Origin: the human T2T-CHM13v2.0 reference genome, Homo sapiens
Length of the DNA: 64,000 bases
Strand: one strand, 5' to 3'
Assembly: GCF_009914755.1 (NCBI RefSeq)
Contig: NC_060942.1
Positions 56,575 through 64,000 of this stretch are shown piece by piece. The notes beneath the pieces are model-generated. The model worked only from the letters and a program-made list of their open reading frames with translations. It searched no databases and was not told the origin of the DNA. Position numbers and translations under genes: made by a program. Each line of letters begins with the position of its first letter. The stretch's first letter is position 1.

Positions 56575-56589
56575 AGGCTTTGATTTTCT

Positions 56590-56790
56590 AAGCAGCTGTT
56601 ATAAAACACTCACACTGTGCCAGGCACTGTTCTAAGCAGTTTAGACATACTTTTCATTTAACACTCACAGCATCCCCATCAAGTAGATACTATTATGCCT
56701 AGTTTACAGATGAGGAAACTGAGGCAAAGGTTAAGTAACTTGTTTGAAGTTGCAGAGCTTGTAAGTGTTACCAACCGGTATGGACTCAGC
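56590..56790 (-). mobile_element. MIR SINE
   Basis: 'tgtgccaggcactgttctaagc...tttacagatgaggaaactgaggc'. Confidence 0.9.
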
Positions 56791-57314
56791 ATTATATTGG
56801 AGGTCTAACCATCTGGTCTCTCATTCATTCTAAATTCAGTGTGCCCTACATGACTTGGCAAATGTAAATGTGCGGACAAGACTCCCACCAGACCAGGGTG
56901 GCTGGTTCGCTCTCTCTGCATGACTGACATCTCTGGCCATGGAAATCCCAGGTAACCAAGCTGCCTGTCTAATACCAAGAGATCCTTCTTAAATAAGTAG
57001 ACATGCCAACATGTACTCTTTATTTTGAAAACAGAAAAAAAGAACAAGAGGTTAGTCTTAAAAAAATAGGTTTTAAAAACAAACTGCTAAAAAAAGCTTC
57101 TCACACTGACAACTTCTGACATTGAGGCGCTGAAGGAGGTCATCCTAAAATCAGCTGCTAATTCTAAAAAAGCATAGGTAGCAACAGGAATTGGTCATCA
57201 TCACAGTTACTGTCATGTCATCATCAAAATGCCATGCATTAATAGTACAGGCACAACCACACTAGCCTGGGAGATGCTCAGTAAACACTGGCTGAAAGAA
57301 TTAGCTAACCTAAC

Positions 57315-57619
57315 GGCAGGGTGCAGTGGCTCGCAGCTGTAGTTCCAGAACTTTGGGAGGCCAAGGTAACAGGATCGCTTAAGGCCAAGAGTTTGAGACC
57401 AGCCTGGGCAACATAGCTAGACCTTTGTATTTACAAAAAGTTAAAAAAATAGCCTAGTATGGTAGTGCACACCTGTAGTTCTAGCTACTCAAAAGGCTGA
57501 GGTGGGAAGATCACTTGAGCCCACAAGTTTGAAGTTGTAGTGAGCTGCAATTGCTCCATTGCACTCCAGGCTGGGTGACAGAGTGAGATCCTCCCTCAAA
57601 AAAAAAAAAAAAAAAAAAA
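57315..57619 (+). mobile_element. AluJ SINE
   Basis: Dimer with A-tail; degenerate TSD ta(g/a)ctaaccta. Confidence 0.95.
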
Positions 57620-58052
57620 GTAACTAACCTAGTCCTCTTGGAGAAAGTAGACAGGGCATGCTGAACTATGAAAGAGTAACCCATGGTAACTATTTTATGC
57701 CAGACAAAATGGAGAGTGGTTATCAAAACCAGGAGATGTGATGAGGTTGCCCTAAATAGACAGAGGTTTGCATCCAAGGAGAGCAATGGCTCAAGGTGGA
57801 GGATGAAGGCAGGAAGGGAATACATGTGAGGGCCTGTGGCTACATTGCATTTATATCTCATACAGGTGTAGTCAACAACCCTCACTAGATTTGCAAAAAT
57901 ACATGTGGAGAAGGGAAGCCAGCCTTTCAAAAAGGGAGTCTGCATTCACAGCCCTGTTGTTTGGTTTTCAATTTTATCAGAATTCAATTCAACTGATGAC
58001 ATTTATAAAGAAGAGAGGCAGGAAAGACAAATATAAGACAGGGAAGGTGTGG

Positions 58053-58142
58053 ATATATTATATATATATATTTTATATTATATATATATCTTGTATATAT
58101 ATATTTTATATTATATATATCTTATATATATTATATATTTTA

Positions 58143-58202
<60 letters not shown>
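58053..58202. repeat. (TA)-rich tract plus perfect (TATC)14 STR
   Basis: TATC units counted from 58146 to 58201. Confidence 0.95.
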
Positions 58203-58596
58203 GAAAAAAGTGATGGGGTGCTAGGGGGTCACAGACCAGCCTAAGACACGCAAAGGTCAGAAAAGCACATTCCCAGTAAGAAAAATGAGACGTCAGGTTT
58301 GATCCCACCAGGAAGACAAAGATTCGGGGAAAAACAACAACCAAGGGCTCTGGCAAAGACAAAAGTATCACGGATTGTTCAATTGAGAGAAAAGAAGGCT
58401 TAGGGACAAGTTACTATTGGCCCCTCCAGGATCCAGAAGATTCTAACCTAGAGTAGGACAAAGACGGAGGCATAGGAGGGAGTTACACAACATGGGTTTG
58501 AATCCATCCCCAGCAACAAAAATTTCTTTACCTTTCAGGGACAAAGACAGCTGCTTTGGCAACTTGGGGAAAAATGGATAAAAAGATATGTAAGGT

Positions 58597-59584
58597 AGAA
58601 TGACCTAGCAATCTCACTCCTAGGTGCACACCCAAGAGAAATGAAAACTTACATCCCCATAAAAACCTGTGCACAAATGTTTATAGCAGCATTATTTGTG
58701 AGAGCCCCAAAGTAGAAACAACTCAAATATCCATCAACTGGTGAATGGATAAACAAAATATGGTAGATCCATACATTGGGATATTATTTGGCAATAAGAA
58801 GGAATGAAGCACTGTTCCATGCTACAACATGGAGGAACCCTGAAATCATTATGCTAAGTGAAAGAGGCCAGCCACCAAGGACCACATATTATATGATTCA
58901 ACTTTTATGAAATATCCAGAATAGGCCAATCTATAGAGACATAAAGTAGATTAATCGTTGCCAGGGGTCGAGGGTGCAGGTTAGAGGGAAATGGGGGAGT
59001 AACTGCTAATGGGTATGGGGTTTCTTTTCAAGGTGATGAATATGTCCTAAAAATGGTTGTGGGGATGGTTGCAAACTCCGAATATACTAAAAACTTTGAA
59101 TGGCACACTTTTAATGAGTGGGTTGCATGGTATGTGATATAGTTTGGATATCTGGCCCGTCCAAATCTCATGTGGAAATATGACCTCCAATGTTAGAAGT
59201 GGGGTTTGGTATGAGACATTTGGGTCAGGGGACAGATCCCTTATGAACGGCTTAGTGCTGTCCTCCAGGTAATGAGTGAGTTCTCAATCTATTAGTTTCC
59301 TCAAGATCTGATTGTTAAAAAGAGCCTGGTACCTTCCTCTCCTCTCTCTCTCCTGCTTCCTTCCTCTCATGATGTGATGCCAGCTCCCCTTCCTCTTCCA
59401 CCATGAGTGGAAGTTTCCTGAGACTCTCCCCAGAAGCAGATGATGGCACCATGCTCCTTGCACAGCTTGTAGAACTATGAGCTAAATCAACCTCTTTTCT
59501 TTATAAATTGTCTAGCTTCAGGTATTCCTTTATAGCAATGCAAATGGACTAAGACATTCTGTGAATTACATCTCAGTAAAGTTG
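58597..59584 (+). mobile_element. L1MB7/8-like 3' end interrupted by MSTB
   Basis: 'gacctagcaatctcactcctagg...tgctaatgggtatggggtttctttt...gtgaattacatctcagtaaag'. Confidence 0.92.
59135..59556 (+). mobile_element. MSTB MaLR solo LTR
   Basis: TG…CA ends ('tgatatagtttggata…ggactaagaca'); degenerate 5-bp TSD gtatg/ttctg. Confidence 0.92.
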
Positions 59585-60420
59585 TATGTATGTATGTATG
59601 TATGTACATATGTATGTATCCATCCATCCATCCCAGCCAGTGCCTGGCATGTAAAAGGCATATAGAAGGCATTTGGTAATCGTTAGCTGTAATAGAAGAT
59701 GCTGTTCTCTTTCTTTTTCTTTGCTATGAGGATGCAAAAGAAGCAAGCAACAGGGAGACCGAAATGCCCTCCTAAGCCAGACTCTCCCATCAGGTAGCAA
59801 GCTCCAGGTTTCACTGGGTGGTCCATCCCCCAAGCAGGACATGTGGGGGTACAAAGAACAAGGAGTCAAGCCAGCAGTGTGTGGGGCCATCGTGCAGTGC
59901 CTCCCAGGCCCTGGGCAGGCAAGCCCTGAAGCGCCAGGTGGCTGGGTGTGGGTCTTATATCAGAAGGGCCCACACCCAGCTGTTTCAGGATAATGCCGCA
60001 CTGACCTCTGCTACAGGCAAACTCCCACAGTGCTCACCATTGGAAACATACTGATCCCCGCCTCTGTGGTTCTGCAGGGGATGTCTTTCAACAGGATAGC
60101 TGCCCCCACGGGGTTAAACCTTGTCCAGAGTGTTTGCAAAGGATGTATGCTCCAGTCCTTTCGTTTCTGTCCTCTCCTCAGAAGACAAGCCACCCCATGA
60201 CCCCCAATTCTGCCAATGTGAGAAGAGTCAGGAACAGGATTTAGAATATGGGCAACCTTGGTTCCTGTGCCCACTGCAGACCTTCAAATAGCAAAGTGAT
60301 TTCAGGCCCATGGGAAGGCAGAGCTAAGTGTCATTCCTCTTCATGCCTGATATACTTTGACTGAATTGAATCAGACTCTCTGAACCTCATTTACAATGCC
60401 CAGAGCTTGGTAAAGAATCT

Positions 60421-60625
60421 CAGTGCTTCTCAACAGAGGCACTATTGCACCTCAGGTGCAATAATCTTGGGGCATATGGGATCGTACCAGGCCTTGTAGG
60501 ACATTTATCATCCATGGCCCTGACATGATTAATACCAGTAGTGCCTCCCAGTGGTGGGACAATTCCAAACATGCCCCCTATTCAATATACTTTCCAAATG
60601 CCCCTGGAGGGGGTACTGCTCCAGG
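60421..60625 (-). mobile_element. MER20-like hAT-Charlie element
   Basis: 'ttctcaacagaggcactattg...ttgtaggacattta...ccaaatgcccctggaggg' matches the reverse consensus. Confidence 0.75.
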
Positions 60626-60681
60626 GAGTGAGGGGCATGGCATTGCCTCTGGTGATCTCAGAGGTTTCTTCTAGTCCTGCT

Positions 60682-60901
60682 CAGTGGTGTGCTGGTGAAA
60701 ACCTAACAACTAAGTCTCAAAAACAAAACAAAAAAAAGGTAGATGGGTGTGGGGAGAGTTGCTGCTGAGAGAGGGAAAGCCCTGCCTGGTGTGTAGAATG
60801 TGCTAAATTCCATGGTGTAAATACTCCCGGTTCACAAAACTGAAATTTAACAACTTGCTATTGCTATTGCACTCGCAATACCTGGCTCCAGCATACCATT
60901 G
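60682..60901 (-). mobile_element. MER63 (hAT-Blackjack)
   Basis: TIRs cagtggtgtgctgg / ccagcataccattg; internal 'ttccatggtgtaaatactccc'. Confidence 0.85.
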
Positions 60902-61574
60902 CCTGACATCTTGTGTCTCAATATACAACTCCAAATGCTAATTTAAAAAGGTGCACTGCATTAAGAATACTGTCAGACTAGTCTTTCTATGGTCTCATGT
61001 TTTAGAACCAAATAATGCTACTACTACTAAAAATCCTGATAACACGTCCTATGACCTGAACCAGACTACAGAGAAATGGGAAACATTTCACTAAATGGCA
61101 ATCCTAATGTGTTAATGCCAGGCAGGCAGAGTGCAGACTGCAGGAAGCTGCCTGCTCCCCAAACTCCACCCTGGCCTTGGTGGCTGTCCCCGCACCACAC
61201 GGGGAGGGATTGAACAATTCTAGCTTCAGCTCTTCCCTGCTAGCATTCTCCTTCCTTCTGCATGAACCCCCTCCTCTTTCCAGCATCTCATCTTCAGCAA
61301 GCCCCTGACAAGCTCCTTCAGCCCCAGTAGTATAGACTTAATGTTTGCCTCCTCCTAGGGGAATGTGCATTTCCAAAAGTGGCAAGAAAAAAAAAAAAAG
61401 AAAAAGGCAATATTTAACTGAAAGAATCCAAGACATGTATACAGGCTAGGGGCAGCTGTAAAGCAAAACAAAGGACCCAAACCCTATTATAATGAATGAA
61501 AGTTGGTAGAGAAGATGGTACAAGCAAAAAAACAAAAACTCAAAAGGAGAAGTGTATTTAAAACTATTCCCCAT

Positions 61575-61758
61575 GTTATGGGTGGGGAGTCAGAGGAGGG
61601 GCAGGAGGTAACTTGAGGGGTGCTGTATTTGTTCACTATCTAATTGTTGAAATGGTTTTATGAGTATCTACAAGTGTCAAAACCTATCAAACTACACTCT
61701 AAATATGGGAGGTTCATTCTACATCAGTCATGCCTCAATAAAGCTGCTAAAAAAATAA
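61575..61758 (+). mobile_element. L1MC/ME 3' terminus
   Basis: 'tgtcaaaacctatcaaactacactctaaatatg...cctcaataaagctg'. Confidence 0.8.
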
Positions 61759-62099
61759 CCCCCAGGCAAACTGTGAACATGGGTATTTGGCTCAATTCAG
61801 AGAGAACCACCAGCTTGCAATAAAACCATCTTAGCATTGGAAAGAACCAGGGAAGAAGGGGGTTCTGCAGCGGGGTGGGGAATGGGGTGGGGATGGGACC
61901 TCTTTGGCTTCCCATCTGCAAACTGCAGGGAAGGGGCTGGGAGAGGGGGAAAGGAGGTTCTATATACCAGGCTCAGCAAGCTCAGGCTGCCCAGAATTGT
62001 CTGTTTGCAAGGATGAAGGTGATATAATTGGAATGAGAGCCTCAGCTGAACCAGGAAACGAGTGGAGGTTTAAATATCAGGATGCGGAGTTTACCACAG

Positions 62100-62485
62100 G
62101 GATAGGACAGAGGGAGGGAAGGAGGGAGGAAAGGAGAGAGGGGAGGAGAGAGGGGAAGAGAGAGGGGAGGTGGAGAATGTGGGGAGGGGCATTGGAGAGA
62201 AGGGCAGAACCGTCAGGAGAGGGAGGAAGGGAGGTCAGGAGGGAGGAGGATTGAGAAGGAGGGGAGAAGGTGGAGGAGGGGTTAGGAAGGTTCAGGAGGA
62301 AGGGAGGCGGAGAGCAGGGGTAGAGGAAGATTGAGGAGGAGTGAGGAGGGATGGGAGGAGGGTGAAAGGCAATGGGAAAAGGGCTGAAAAAGCAGGGTCC
62401 AGAAGGAGGAGGGGAGAGGAGAGGTGGGAGAAGGGCCCAGGAAGAAGAAAGAGGGAAGAAGAGGAAGAGGAGAGGGAGGAGGGCT
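62100..62485. repeat. GA-rich low-complexity purine tract
   Basis: About 385 bp, overwhelmingly G/A on the + strand. Confidence 0.9.
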
Positions 62486-63194
62486 GGGACCAGCCAGGGG
62501 ACAGGCACTAACACAGCACTGCCAGGCACACAGCAGGCTGGAAAGAAGATTCCTGGAGGTCACCGACATCTCCAGGCAGCCTGGAGGGAAAAGGAACCTG
62601 GAGATGTTTCTGGTGATAAGAAAGTGGAGATAAGAAGGCTTGGATGGAGGCCAGAGGTGGCCTCTGGGAGGAGAACCCGGTAGTGGGCGGGGCAGGGCCG
62701 GCCTCCTTGCAGCCCACTCTGGTGCTCCCAGACAACACATGGGAACCTCCCTGGACAGCGTACCCTTCCCCGCTGTGGGGTCAAATAACAATCTGGGGTC
62801 ACCCCTGGAGCTCAGGCACGAGCTTGTCTCAAGTGCTGAGATGGCGCCTAGGAGAACTCCACAGGTGCCCAGTGAAGTGAGGGCAGGTTACCCAGAACCA
62901 GTGCTATCTGGAGAGTAGCTGCAGAGCCATGATTTCCTTAGCCCCTTATCCTTCCTTGCTCTCAAAAGAAGCCAGAGGTTCCCAGGGATTGATTTTATGC
63001 CCAGCCAAATGACACCCTTTCTTTCTCCCCTCATGAAGATAAAATCTTTCCCCTAACTATCTGTCAGGGCACGTGAAATTCCATTAGAAAGTCATTCCTT
63101 CACATGGCGTCTGAGGCTGGTCTCCCAAGAGAACCAGGAGAGGGGAGATTCAGGCAGCTGGAAGGACCCCAAGGCTCGTCTATTCTAATGGCCC

Positions 63195-63310
63195 TATTTT
63201 ACAGGGAGGAAACTGAGACTCATGGATGGGACAGGACTTGCCCACAGTGAGTCTGTAAGCACTGGGCCAGACCTCGGGTTCCCAGGCTCCTTGCCTGGTG
63301 CCCTCTCTTC
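63195..63310 (-). mobile_element. MIR SINE
   Basis: 'attttacagggaggaaactgagactca...ggacttgcccacagt'. Confidence 0.75.
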
Positions 63311-63483
63311 TCTATACCAGGGTCGACCAAGAATGAGCTTCGGCAAGTTAAATGAACGTGTGGCGAGGGCGGGGAGGCGAGTGGGAGGATCAGCAGCGAC
63401 CACAGGCAGGAAGTACTCCAGAGGGCTCAGAACCAACCGCCAGACAAACACCCTGGGGAAACAGAGGCTTCCCTGCCCCTACC

Positions 63484-63776
63484 TTGTTTTTGAGATAGGG
63501 TCTCACTCTGTTGCCCAGGCTGGAGTGCAGTGGCACAATCGTAGCTCACTGCAGCCTCTAAACTCCTGGGCTCAAGTGATCCTCCTACCTCAGCCTCCCA
63601 GATAGTTAGGACTACAGGCATGTACCATTATGCCCAGCTAATTTTCTTATTTTTTGTATTCCTGTAGAGACAGGGTCTTGCTTTGTTGCCCAGGCTGATC
63701 TCCTGGCTTCAAGCGATCCTCCCACCTCAGCCTCTCAAAGTATTGGAATTACAGGCATGAGCCATTCTGCTTGGCT
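63484..63776 (-). mobile_element. AluJ SINE
   Basis: 'gtagctcactgcagcctctaaactcctgggctcaagtgatcctcct'. Confidence 0.95.
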
Positions 63777-64000
63777 GGCACTGTTTTTCTAAGCCATGTT
63801 TATCCAGCTCTTACTGTGTGGGACGGGCCTTCTGGGGCTTGGGGCTTAGGACCTCCACCTCTTCTGTCCTATTCCAGGCCTTGTGTCACCTTTTATCTTC
63901 TCAATGATTGGGAACTTGCTCCTTTATATGGAATCTGTGCATTAGTAAAGTTGTTAAATGTCCTTGAAACTGTATGAAAAAGTGGGGAGAGTGGAGCACT

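Noticed and set aside
58521-58595. 51-nt exon-like segment (cctttcag…TAT|gtaagg)
   Set aside because: Weak exonic donor context, abuts and may derive from L1; no independent support
62077-62791. Pro/Ser/Leu-rich ORFs on the minus strand
   Set aside because: Artefact of the GA-rich low-complexity tract

Overview
Primate (human-like; AluY, AluS, AluJ and MER85 present) non-coding genomic DNA, moderately GC-rich and dense in ancient MIR/L2 elements. No protein-coding exon, RNA gene or processed pseudogene can be supported; the listed ORFs look like chance frames, many inside repeats. The window is intergenic or deep intronic and I cannot name the locus. It holds 16 Alus (most with target-site duplications), several L1 fragments, MaLR/ERVL LTRs (MLT1, MLT2, MSTB) and DNA-transposon fossils (MER85, MER81, MER33 x3, MER5 clusters, MER103C, MER112, MER20, MER63, Tigger15a). 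Several repeat-free islands carry clustered transcription-factor motifs and may be enhancers. Most notable: an intact MER85 with a perfected internal palindrome, a 122-bp local duplication fused to a truncated L1, small fold-back/template-switch scars, + strand recursive-splice or microexon-like sites, and a closely spaced inverted Alu pair. Repeat family names come from my recollection of consensus sequences and need RepeatMasker/Dfam confirmation; boundaries of old elements are approximate. I see no convincing evidence of a wholly new biological system.
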